This document shows, piece by piece, positions 1-7,928 of a DNA stretch of 32,000 nucleotides (position 1 is its first letter; each line of letters opens with the position of its first letter). A program made the position numbers and the translations under genes. The DNA is from Ferroglobus placidus DSM 10642 (lineage in GTDB: Archaea; Halobacteriota; Archaeoglobi; Archaeoglobales; Archaeoglobaceae): the NCBI RefSeq assembly GCF_000025505.1, contig NC_013849.1:1950001-1982000 (forward strand), read 5' to 3'. The notes beneath the pieces were generated by a model that did no database searches, was not told the origin of the DNA, and saw nothing but the letters and a program-made list of their open reading frames with translations.

Positions 1-549
1 ATTGGAAAGAAGCTCGCTGCTTACGGGTTAATAGACGGTGCGAGCGGAAATTTGAGCTTTAGAAAAGGTGGAAAAATAGTAATAACGAAAACCGGAGTTG
101 TTCTGGACGAGTTAACGGAAGAGGACTTCGTTGAAGTGGAAATCGGAAAGAAGGAGGATGAGGCTTCTTCGGATTTGTACGTGCACGAGAGAATTTACGA
201 AGAAACCGACTATAAAGCTGTTCTCCACTGCCACGGAGTTTACGGAGTTACTCTCTCCTTATTCTTCGACGAGATAATCCCCTTAGATCTGGAAGGAAAA
301 ATGTTTATTGGCAATCTTAAAATCGTTGAGGGAAGATTTGGCTCCCCCTCCTTAGCTGAGAAAATTGCGAAAAGTGTTAAAGAGAAGGGAATATGCTTGG
401 TTAGAGGACACGGCATTTATGCAGCTGGCGAGAATTTTGACGAAGCTTTCAAACTTGCAAGCTATTTAGAGCATTCCTGCCAAATCCTCTTCAACTACGA
501 GGTTTTCCGTAGAGTTCTTGCAAATCCTTACCACGCTTGTAGGCAGTGA
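1..549 (+). CDS. Class II aldolase/adducin family protein (L-fuculose-phosphate aldolase-like), 5' truncated by window edge
   Basis: Frame is open from base 1 (IGKKLAAYGLIDGASGNLSFRKGG...), with the His-rich metal-binding segment YKAVLHCHGVYGVTLSLF and LVRGHGIYAAGENFDEAF typical of the family. ORF track starts at 52 but the frame continues upstream. Confidence 0.88.
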   Translation: MGKKLAAYGLIDGASGNLSFRKGGKIVITKTGVVLDELTEEDFVEVEIGKKEDEASSDLYVHERIYEETDYKAVLHCHGVYGVTLSLFFDEIIPLDLEGKMFIGNLKIVEGRFGSPSLAEKIAKSVKEKGICLVRGHGIYAAGENFDEAFKLASYLEHSCQILFNYEVFRRVLANPYHACRQ

Positions 550-685
550 GGGAAACGTAAACCCCAAGGAGGAATAATAAGACTGTTAAATACCACATTC
601 CGAAAAGAAGAGGGAAAGGAGAAACCGCTACGAGCAGAATTCCGAGGAGAAACATTGAAATTATCGAAGCGAACTCCTCTCTCAT
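491..685 (-). CDS. Possible small two-TM membrane protein
   Basis: 64 aa ORF with two hydrophobic segments (FASIISMFLLGILLVAVSPFPLLF and MWYLTVLLFLLGVYVSLTA); fills most of an otherwise empty gap but overlaps the aldolase 3' end. Confidence 0.4.
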   Translation of the reverse strand: MREEFASIISMFLLGILLVAVSPFPLLFGMWYLTVLLFLLGVYVSLTAYKRGKDLQELYGKPRS

Positions 686-736
686 GCTTTACCCTCGGCA
701 GAAGAAGTTATTAACCTTTTTATCGAATAGTAGGTC

Positions 737-1858
737 ATGAAGATCGTTCACATCTCAGACTTACACTTCGGAGAAGAGCTCGTGAGGAGTAAAGTTGAGA
801 AGGCTATTAAGCAGATAAACGAAATCGAGCCGGATCTCGTTGTGGTCACTGGAGACTTAAGCTGCTGGGGAATTCACAGCGAATTGAGAGAGGCTTACGA
901 AGCTCTTGAAAAATTAAAGAGCGATTACTTCGTAGTTCCCGGAAATCACGATGCGAGAAACAACGGAATTGAGTTCTTCGAACTCTACTTTGGCGAGAGG
1001 AAGAAAATTTACAAGGACAGCGAGGTAGTGATAATAGGAGTCGACAGCACCCAGCCGGACATAGACGACGGATACATAGGATTCGAGCAGAGGAGGTGGA
1101 TAGAGGAGAACTTCAGAAAGGATAGGATTAACGTGCTCGCTTTGCACCACCACATAGTTCCAATCCCGGACACCGGAAGAGAGAGAAACGTTCTGATAGA
1201 CGCTGGAGAGGTCGTTGAGATGCTGATAAACCTCGGGTTTGCGTTGGTTTTAGCCGGACACAGGCACATGCCCTACTCAATTAGATTGATGAGGACGCAC
1301 ATAATTCACGCGGGAAGCTTGGGTTCTTTCAAAATCCTCGGCATGCCTGATCACAACTACAACGTAATAGAGCTGAGCGAAGATTACGTGAGCTTGAAGC
1401 TGAAGTTCGTCGACTACGGAGAGATAGACGTCGGAAGATACCAGATAAAAACTGAAGCTCCAGAGTCCGTGGCTATCTACAGGAAAGTTGGAAGACCCAA
1501 AAGGGTTCTCTTCGTTAGCAAAGATGGAGATGCGAGAGTTCAAATGGCTGAGGCATTGTTCAACAAGCTCTCTCCATACAACATGCTCGCTGAAGGGGCT
1601 GGAGTTGATGAGGTGAGCGAAGAGGATAAGGTCGCCAGAGAGGTATTAAATGAGATCGGAGTCGAAATGATATGGAGGAAGAAGAAAATCGACGAGAGGG
1701 ATCTGAAGAACTTCGATTACGTTGTAGAATTCGATGAGCTTGGGTTGGGAGAGACGTGGAAAATCGAGGTTCCAAAAAGCAGAGAAGATTACAGAAGGGT
1801 GAGGGAAGAAATTAGAAGAAAAGTTAACGAGCTCATATCACAGCTCATCGCGATGTAG
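737..1858 (+). CDS. Calcineurin-like metallophosphoesterase fused to a C-terminal low-MW protein-tyrosine-phosphatase/arsenate-reductase-like domain (catalytic Cys replaced by Ser)
   Basis: N-terminal MPE motifs: ISDLHFG, GDLSCWG, VVPGNHDARN, ALHHH, LAGHRHM. C-terminal RVLFVSKDGDARVQMAEALFNKLSPYN aligns with the LMW-PTP P-loop VLFVCxGNxCRSxMAEA, with S in place of the nucleophilic C. Confidence 0.85.
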   Translation: MKIVHISDLHFGEELVRSKVEKAIKQINEIEPDLVVVTGDLSCWGIHSELREAYEALEKLKSDYFVVPGNHDARNNGIEFFELYFGERKKIYKDSEVVIIGVDSTQPDIDDGYIGFEQRRWIEENFRKDRINVLALHHHIVPIPDTGRERNVLIDAGEVVEMLINLGFALVLAGHRHMPYSIRLMRTHIIHAGSLGSFKILGMPDHNYNVIELSEDYVSLKLKFVDYGEIDVGRYQIKTEAPESVAIYRKVGRPKRVLFVSKDGDARVQMAEALFNKLSPYNMLAEGAGVDEVSEEDKVAREVLNEIGVEMIWRKKKIDERDLKNFDYVVEFDELGLGETWKIEVPKSREDYRRVREEIRRKVNELISQLIAM

Positions 1859-1859
1859 C

Positions 1860-2501
1860 ATGAGAACTCTTTTAATCTTTTTGGTTGTTTTGGCGATAAT
1901 CTTCTCTGGATGCGTCGAAGAGAGAAAGAAGGTAGTGTGGGACGTAGATCACAAGCCGGTTTTTCCACCTTCTCATTACTCGAAGCTGATAAGCCAGTTT
2001 GAAGCTGACGTAATCGAAGGAGGGGTCGAAGAACTTAACAGCTCCGAAGCTTACATCTTGGCTGGAGTGACGAGGAATTTCAGCGAGGAGGAGGTAGAAA
2101 AGATTTTGGAGTTCGTAAAAAACGGAGGAAAGCTCGTAATTTTAATACACATCCCTCCCGCAAACCTCGAACCGCTCCTCGATAGATTTGGGGTCGAAGT
2201 TTCCGAGAGACCCTACGAAATTATGGAAGTTACGGCGGTCCCCGGAGAAGACAACGTCTTAACAAAAGGAGTAAAAGAGATTTACATGAGAGGAGTTTTT
2301 CCAGTTAACGGCACTCTTTTCGTCGTGAAAAAGGACAGAGCTATTATTTTTGGAGGAATGAAAGGAGGAGTTGCCGCTCTCAAAAAGTACGGAAAGGGAG
2401 AGGTTCTCGTTTTTGGAGACGATGCGATGTTCCTGGACAGCTATATAAATAAGGTTGACAACTTAAAGCTGGCAAAAAATATTGCAAAGTGGATTAATTA
2501 A
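1860..2501 (+). CDS. Predicted secreted lipoprotein, DUF4350/GATase-like fold
   Basis: Signal peptide with lipobox-like FSGC (MRTLLIFLVVLAIIFSGCVEERKK); alternating beta/alpha segments GGKLVILIHIPP and GKGEVLVFGDDAMFLDSYI resemble DUF4350-type domains. Confidence 0.6.
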   Translation: MRTLLIFLVVLAIIFSGCVEERKKVVWDVDHKPVFPPSHYSKLISQFEADVIEGGVEELNSSEAYILAGVTRNFSEEEVEKILEFVKNGGKLVILIHIPPANLEPLLDRFGVEVSERPYEIMEVTAVPGEDNVLTKGVKEIYMRGVFPVNGTLFVVKKDRAIIFGGMKGGVAALKKYGKGEVLVFGDDAMFLDSYINKVDNLKLAKNIAKWIN

Positions 2502-2845
2502 CCGGCTTGAGGAGAGAGCATGCTCTGAAGCTTCTTTTGAGTTTCAGCAACTCTTTCTCTAAGTTTTTCTTCCTGCCTTTCGAGGGTTTTTATTCTCACC
2601 TCGTAAGTTTCCTTCCTTTCCCTAAGCTCTTTCTCAGCCTCTTCCTTCCTAACCTTCACGAGAATGCTCCCCACAGCCTTGTATACTTCTTCGCTTTGGG
2701 ACTTCTCCATCTCCTTCAAAGCGTCGTCGATCTCTCTTATCATCGCTTCCAGTTGTGCTTTCTGAGCTATCACCGCCTGAAGCTGCTGCTGAAGCTGCTG
2801 AAGCTGAGCTACCAAGTTCTGAACAGCCGGAGGAATTTCACTCAT
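2498..2845 (-). CDS. pfdB: Prefoldin beta subunit
   Basis: Coiled-coil protein MSEIPPAVQNLVAQLQQLQQQLQAVIAQKAQLEAMIREIDDALKEMEK...; start set at the internal Met at 2845 rather than the ORF-track Met at 2872. Confidence 0.92.
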   Translation of the reverse strand: MSEIPPAVQNLVAQLQQLQQQLQAVIAQKAQLEAMIREIDDALKEMEKSQSEEVYKAVGSILVKVRKEEAEKELRERKETYEVRIKTLERQEEKLRERVAETQKKLQSMLSPQAG

Positions 2846-3066
2846 CTTAACACCCCGCAAATGTCTGTGCAAACCTTAATTTGACGGAGATACATGTTCA
2901 ACATCGCCCTTAAAGCTGAGAGGTCTTTTGCCTCGACCTCTAAGACCAACCTTCCATTCGATAAATAAACTTTTGCCCTCGACCTCCTCTCCTCGATTTT
3001 GTCCACCGATATTGCTTTGTAAATTAATTCAACTTCGTCTCCTTCCACCGTTAGCTTCGCCTCCAT
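2842..3066 (-). CDS. pcc1: KEOPS complex subunit Pcc1-like protein
   Basis: Short protein MEAKLTVEGDEVELIYKAISVDK...SNGRLVLEVEAKDLSALRAMLNMYLRQIKV with the Pcc1 pattern; 4-bp overlap with prefoldin beta start, the usual archaeal neighbourhood. Confidence 0.8.
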   Translation of the reverse strand: MEAKLTVEGDEVELIYKAISVDKIEERRSRAKVYLSNGRLVLEVEAKDLSALRAMLNMYLRQIKVCTDICGVLR

Positions 3067-3517
3067 ACCTAACACCGAGAACTTTGATTCTAAGAACCGG
3101 CTTGCCGTCGTAAAGGAAGTCCAGAACGTTGTCGTGAACTTTCACGATCTTTTTCGTCTCAACCTTCCTCACGAACTTCTCCGCAGCCTTTCCTTTCGGC
3201 ATCGCTCCGAGAAGAAGAGGATCGAAGGGAGGGTCTCCTACAAAAACAACGAAATCGTCGTTCATCTTCACCTTTTTTATCTCACCGACGTTTATTCTCA
3301 AGGAAAGAAGCTCTTTTCCGCTTCTATCGTAAACTTTGAGGAAAGCGGGATTCGCCTTTATTTCGGTTATCATCACGAGGTTTTCCGTTAAATTTGAAAA
3401 TAGATCCTCCAGACTCATCTTTCCCCTCTGCACGTACCTCCAGTTCATGAATCTGGCTAAAACCTTGGCAAACCTTCTCGTTCTTCTGCTCGGATCGCGA
3501 GACGTCGTGAGGATCAT
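3029..3517 (-). CDS. Brix domain-containing ribosome biogenesis protein (archaeal Imp4-like)
   Basis: MILTTSRDPSRRTRRFAKVLARFM... and GMPKG-like AMPKGKAAEKFV; located with pcc1/prefoldin as in other archaea. Confidence 0.85.
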   Translation of the reverse strand: MILTTSRDPSRRTRRFAKVLARFMNWRYVQRGKMSLEDLFSNLTENLVMITEIKANPAFLKVYDRSGKELLSLRINVGEIKKVKMNDDFVVFVGDPPFDPLLLGAMPKGKAAEKFVRKVETKKIVKVHDNVLDFLYDGKPVLRIKVLGVRYGGEANGGRRRS

Positions 3518-4356
3518 TTGTAAACCAGAACCGGAACGATCGATCTCCTAACAACGTTCGATACCGTTCCTCCGAGCATTTCTCTGATCGACCCCTTTCC
3601 CCTCGAAGCGAGAGCGATCATCGTGGCTCCGTGATCTTCCATAACCCTTATTATCTCCTTGTAAGGCACTCCACCCTCTATGAAGATTTCGGCTTTTTTC
3701 CCCATCTCCTCAAATTCCTTTTTCATGTTTTCGAGCTCTTCGATTTCCTTGTCCGTAAGTTCCTCGTCTTTCTCAACCACGTGGACTATTAACACTTCCT
3801 CCCCAGCCTTTGCGAACTCCTTAACAAAGTCTTTCAGCTTTCTCGACTCTTCGCTGAAATCGAAGGCGTAGAGAATTTTTCTGGGAAGGTAGTCAAAAAC
3901 CTTTATGACTGCGTCATCTATTATGTCGAACTTTACAACCAAAACGGGCTTGTTCGACCTCCTCACGACACCCTCAGAAACGCTTCCGAGGAGAAGTTCC
4001 TTTATCAACCCCTTCCCGTGAGAGCCGATAACGATCATATCCACGTTCTTCTCTTCAGCAACGTCGATTATTTTGAAAACCGGATCTCCTTCGAGAACTT
4101 CGACTATTTCCACATTAAACCCGTACCCCTCAAGTTTTTTCCCTATTTCCTTCAACTTCTCCATAGATTCTTTTTCGTAACTTTCTATAACCGCTGGCAA
4201 ATCGACTCCAGAGGTTGGAGAGAGTATTTTGTTTAAATCGAGAACGTGAAGCAGAACGACTTCCTTCACTCCCACGTCTTTAAGATCTTTCACGCAATCT
4301 ACCACCTTCATCGACACGTGAGAGAAGTCCGTAGGGAGCAAAATTCTCTCTATCAT
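3514..4356 (-). CDS. Universal stress protein with two tandem UspA domains
   Basis: Two repeats: MIERILLPTDFSHVSMKVVDC...VIGSHGKGLIKELLLGSVSEGVVRRSNKPVLVV and RKILYAFDFSEESRKLKDF...ASRGKGSIREMLGGTVSNVVRRSIVPVLVY. ATGA overlap with the Brix gene start. Confidence 0.93.
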   Translation of the reverse strand: MIERILLPTDFSHVSMKVVDCVKDLKDVGVKEVVLLHVLDLNKILSPTSGVDLPAVIESYEKESMEKLKEIGKKLEGYGFNVEIVEVLEGDPVFKIIDVAEEKNVDMIVIGSHGKGLIKELLLGSVSEGVVRRSNKPVLVVKFDIIDDAVIKVFDYLPRKILYAFDFSEESRKLKDFVKEFAKAGEEVLIVHVVEKDEELTDKEIEELENMKKEFEEMGKKAEIFIEGGVPYKEIIRVMEDHGATMIALASRGKGSIREMLGGTVSNVVRRSIVPVLVYK

Positions 4357-4402
4357 CGGCTGTAGAATGGCAAAATAAAAATATAAATCTTTGGTTTTCA
4401 AT

Positions 4403-5089
4403 AGACCCGTAAACTTTACCTTCCCAGAATATTATTCAGACAATTTTGATGAAGTTGAAGAAGCTTATAGAGGAGCTTGAGTTGTTTGAGAGGGAAAGAG
4501 TTCCGAACGACATTAGAATTCTTGGCGTAGCCACTTACGTTCAAACTTCTTCGACGAGGAGAACGGCTAAAATTCTCTCGGAGTTTCGTCCGGTCTCCCA
4601 TACGGCTGTGTGGAAATGGATAAAGAAGTTTGAAGAGAAGTTACCAATTTCTACTGAGAAGAAGCGGAGAAATCTTGTTGCAATAGATGAAACGATTGTC
4701 AAAGCTAACAAAAAGAAGTTCTACATTTTTGCCGCGGTAGACGTTGAAAGGAACGAGCTGATTTTAATGAGGGTTTACACGACGAGAAACATTCTTACAG
4801 CAAGGTCTTTCGTCAAAGAAGTTCTTAATTACTGCGAGAACGAACCCAAGTTTTTGATAGACAAAGCACCATGGCTGAGAAAAGCAATAGAAAGTTTAGG
4901 CTTGGAATTTAAGCATGAAACCTTTCGGAAAGAGAAGTCTGGTTGAAGCGACGTTCAGCTCATTTAAACAGAGAGTTAAGCTGTTCTTCTGTTCGATTTC
5001 CACTAAAAATCCAATTAAAAACTGGAATCTATTCTGCAAACTCTTCATGCTCTATTACAATCATCTGAGGTGGTTAAGTTGACAGGGCT
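4403..5089 (+). mobile_element. Remnant IS6/IS240-like insertion sequence, boundaries tentative
   Basis: Frameshifted transposase bracketed by an imperfect 14-bp inverted repeat: AGACCCGTAAACTT (4403-4416) versus AGCCCTGTCAACTT, reverse complement of 5076-5089 (11/14 identical by eye). Confidence 0.45.
4449..5082 (+). pseudogene. IS6/IS240-like DDE transposase disrupted by a 1-nt frameshift near 4921-4925
   Basis: Frame 1 gives ...LVAIDETIVKANKKKFYIFAAVD...PKFLIDKAPWLRKAIESLGLEFKHETF then stops at 4946. Reading the +1 frame from 4924 gives FGKRSLVEATFSSFKQRVKLFFCSISTKNPIKNWNLFCKLFMLYYNHLRWLS*, the expected C-terminus with the catalytic E. Confidence 0.85.
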
Positions 5090-5146
5090 GCAGTATAATA
5101 GCAAATTTTCAATCAAATTATTAAAATTTTTATTTATTTAAAAAAT

Positions 5147-6166
5147 TTATTTTGGTTTTTCGAGCACGACTACCGCTTCCGGATCTTTCAGCCTCAAGTC
5201 GAGGGTTTCCATCGCCATGAAAACGACCGAGTCATTTTCTGGACCGAGCTCAGTCAGCTCAAGCTCTTGACCGATCACGACATCTAAAACGCTCGGAGTA
5301 TTTGCGAAAACTATCACCTTTTCTTCAGCTTCCGGAGAGACGACGATTCCACCAGAGAACACTTCCTTCAGAATTTCGATGACGGTCTTTCCGCTTTTGT
5401 CGTGAACCTTCAGCAGCTTCGAGAACCTTTCCGGACTTATTATCATCGCGAGCTTTCCTGCAGTTACTTTCGAAACCTCTCCAGCTGCTTTCATCAGCTG
5501 CTCTATACATTCGTCACTCGTTTCCCACCTTCCGAGTTCCATCTTTTTTCCCTCATTGAGTCTGGAAATTATCTGCTTCTCCTCCGCTTTAGCAATCAAT
5601 TCTCCGGCTCTCGTCGCTATAGACGGATCGAAGCTTCCGTCTTTCAGCTCTCTTATGCCGATGGAAAACCTCTGGGTTATTAGCGGTATTTCCCTGAACT
5701 CCCTTCTTGAAACGCTAACGACTTCTCCGGACTCTATCAGATCAACTCTATAGCTCTGAGCGTGCACCTTCGTCTTGGGCAGGATGTTAAAGAGCCTTCT
5801 TCCCCTCTCCACGCCATCCATAAACGCTTTTTTCAGAACTTGGAAATAGTCGTTTCCTCCGTCGTTAAACTTAGTTTCTATTCCGGTCATCTCCTTAACC
5901 TCTTCGAAACCTTTTTTCAACTCTTCAACTTGCTCCTCGTCAATTTTTAACAGCAAAGCCGTAAATTCTCCAACGTGAGTTTTCTCTTCTCTTGCGATAT
6001 CGAGGAAAACCTTTCTTATGTCTTCGTCCTCTATAAACCTCGCCATCTGCTCGTATAAATTTATGGCGTCGTGTTCGGCTATGATTGCCAGTCTAATGAC
6101 TTCCATGAGTTCTTCCCTGCTGTAAGGCTTGTCCCTCGAAATAAGAGTCGGATTGATCGAAAGCAT
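5147..6166 (-). CDS. Encapsulin nanocompartment shell protein with fused N-terminal ferritin-like (EncFtn) domain
   Basis: N-term MLSINPTLISRDKPYSREELMEVIRLAIIAEHDAINLYEQMARFIEDEDIRKVFLDIAREEKTHVGEF (ferritin-like E...ExxH) followed by an HK97-fold encapsulin domain (IGIRELKDGSFDPSIATRAGELIAKAEEKQII...NTPSVLDVVIGQELELTELG...VFMAMETLDLRLKDPEAVVVLE), as in the Pyrococcus furiosus virus-like-particle protein. Confidence 0.93.
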   Translation of the reverse strand: MLSINPTLISRDKPYSREELMEVIRLAIIAEHDAINLYEQMARFIEDEDIRKVFLDIAREEKTHVGEFTALLLKIDEEQVEELKKGFEEVKEMTGIETKFNDGGNDYFQVLKKAFMDGVERGRRLFNILPKTKVHAQSYRVDLIESGEVVSVSRREFREIPLITQRFSIGIRELKDGSFDPSIATRAGELIAKAEEKQIISRLNEGKKMELGRWETSDECIEQLMKAAGEVSKVTAGKLAMIISPERFSKLLKVHDKSGKTVIEILKEVFSGGIVVSPEAEEKVIVFANTPSVLDVVIGQELELTELGPENDSVVFMAMETLDLRLKDPEAVVVLEKPK

Positions 6167-6187
6167 GATTTACAGTATTTGCATCCA

Positions 6188-6195
6188 TTTATAAA
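6188..6195 (-). promoter_or_regulatory. Putative TATA box of the encapsulin gene (possibly leaderless transcript)
   Basis: TTTATAAA centred about 25 nt upstream of the encapsulin ATG (6166), leaving no room for a conventional leader; no clear Shine-Dalgarno. Confidence 0.45.
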
Positions 6196-6342
6196 CTTTT
6201 TCGTAGTCTTTTTCCATAGATAGAGTGATTAAAGACCAGGTAAATTCAAGATAAAACTCTATAATTGGCGTAATATTTTTATTAAGTTTCTCCAGTGGAA
6301 ACGGAGGGGGTTGCTTTTTAATCTTTTATCAGATTTAAGACC

Positions 6343-6810
6343 ATGATCGAAGAGCTGAAAAAGTTCTTCAGCGAATTCGAAGCTGAGGTTATCGAGTTCA
6401 ATCCAAAAAATGCTAAAATCGATAGGAGGGCGAGGTGGAAGTGCAAGTTCGGATGCAGTTATTACGGAAAGCGTTTTTCCTGCCCTCCGAACGTTCCCGA
6501 AGATTACGAGGAGTTCGTAAGAAGCTACAAAAAAGGGTACGCCATCCTCCTCAGATTTAACAACTACTTCGAAGATAAAAGAAAAGCTCAGGAGAAGCTC
6601 GTTGAGTTCGAGAGAAGTCTGCTTAACAGATACCCTCTCGCTTTCGTTCTATTCCCCGGAGGTTGCGATCTTTGTAACGAGTGCAGCTATCCAGATTGCA
6701 AGAGGCAGGAAGACGTTAGACCGACCCTTTCTTCAGTTGGCTTGACTGTGGAGCAGTTCGGAGTAAAAGTTGGGGACAACAGAAGTGTAGCGATCCTCCT
6801 ACTTGAGTAA
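6343..6810 (+). CDS. DUF2284 predicted metal-binding protein
   Basis: Cys clusters RWKCKFGCSYYGKRFSCPPNVP and GGCDLCNECSYPDCKRQEDVRP characteristic of DUF2284. Confidence 0.82.
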   Translation: MIEELKKFFSEFEAEVIEFNPKNAKIDRRARWKCKFGCSYYGKRFSCPPNVPEDYEEFVRSYKKGYAILLRFNNYFEDKRKAQEKLVEFERSLLNRYPLAFVLFPGGCDLCNECSYPDCKRQEDVRPTLSSVGLTVEQFGVKVGDNRSVAILLLE

Positions 6811-6843
6811 AATTTTTTTGATGAATAGTTAAGTCACTTTGAG

Positions 6844-7341
6844 ATGAAGTTCACGAAGGAAGAAGTCATAGGCGTTGCTTTTTCGAAGCTCAAACCGAAG
6901 AGTGATGAGGTTTTCGCCGACGTAGGAGCTGGAAGCGGAGCAGTAACGGAGTTTTTCTCTCCTTATGTGAGAAAGGTTTACGCTGTAGAGATCGACGAAG
7001 CTGCTTGCGAAGGTCTGAGAAAAAGGTTTAAAGGCAACGAAAAAGTTGAAGTTCTCAACATGAACGGAAAAGACTTCTTCGAAAATTACGAATGCGACAA
7101 AGCTTTCATAGGAGGAACTAAAAACCTTGAGGAGATGATAGAGGTCTGTAACGCGAAAAAAGTCGTCATTTCTGCTGCGAGAGTTGAGGTTGCCGTAAAA
7201 GCTTTGAAATGTTTGAAGAAAAAAGAAGCTTTCGAAGAGGTGGTGATAGTAAACATTTCAAAGAGCTACGAACTTGCCGGAGGGACCGCTTTTAAAAACT
7301 TGAATCCGGTTTTTCTGGTGGTCGGATGCTTTACGGGGTAA
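6844..7341 (+). CDS. cbiT: Cobalt-precorrin-6B C15-methyltransferase/decarboxylase (CbiT)
   Basis: Class I SAM methyltransferase fold: EEVIGVAFSKLKPKSDEVFADVGAGSGAVTEFF, FIGGTKNLEEMI; first of a run of corrin genes. Confidence 0.88.
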   Translation: MKFTKEEVIGVAFSKLKPKSDEVFADVGAGSGAVTEFFSPYVRKVYAVEIDEAACEGLRKRFKGNEKVEVLNMNGKDFFENYECDKAFIGGTKNLEEMIEVCNAKKVVISAARVEVAVKALKCLKKKEAFEEVVIVNISKSYELAGGTAFKNLNPVFLVVGCFTG

Positions 7342-7928
7342 GCTTGGGTCCGGGAGATTTCGAACTTCTAACTTTAAAAGCTTATAAAGTCTTGAGGGAA
7401 GTCGAGGAGGTAATAGTTCCGGGAGAGCTCGCTTACGAGATCGTAAAAAAGATAAGAGAGCCGAGGCTCGTGAAAATTCCGATGGGGAGAGCGGAGGAGG
7501 TTATAGAGGAACTCTCTTCGGAACTTGCCGAGAAATGCGTTGAAAAAGACGTGGCATTTGCAGCTCTTGGAGATGTTGCCTTCTTTTCGACCTTCCAAAA
7601 AATTGCGGAAAAAGTTGTTGAGAAGAACGAGAGCGTCAAAATCGAGCTGATCCCCGGAGTCCCGAGCTTCACTTCGGTTTTTTCCAAGCTGAAACTCTTC
7701 GTTAACGCACCAATTCTAATCACAACTCCCGAATTCGAGGATGTGAAGTTCAAGGTTGTTTTAAAAGCGAAAAATCCGAAGAAAATTTCCGAAGCTCTCG
7801 AAGAGGAGGGATTCGAAGTTGTTCAGGCTGAAAAGATATTCATGGACGGGGAGAAGATTTGCGAACCCGAGGAGAAAGCTTCGTACTTCACGATGGTGGT
7901 AGCATGGAAGGAAAAGTCTACTTCGTAG
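7326..7928 (+). CDS. cbiL: Cobalt-precorrin-2 C20-methyltransferase (CbiL)
   Basis: [51 protein letters not shown], ending [11 protein letters not shown]; tetrapyrrole methylase family with CbiL-like features. Confidence 0.83.
   Translation: [200 protein letters not shown]

Noticed and set aside
2507-2884. Plus-strand 125-aa ORF opposite prefoldin beta
   Set aside because: Leu/Phe/Ser-rich translation mirrors the coiled-coil gene on the minus strand; treated as a shadow ORF.
4395-5113. 8-bp direct repeat TTTTCAAT as a target site duplication
   Set aside because: Right copy is not adjacent to the inferred terminal repeat and the octamer is AT-rich; kept only as a weak remark.
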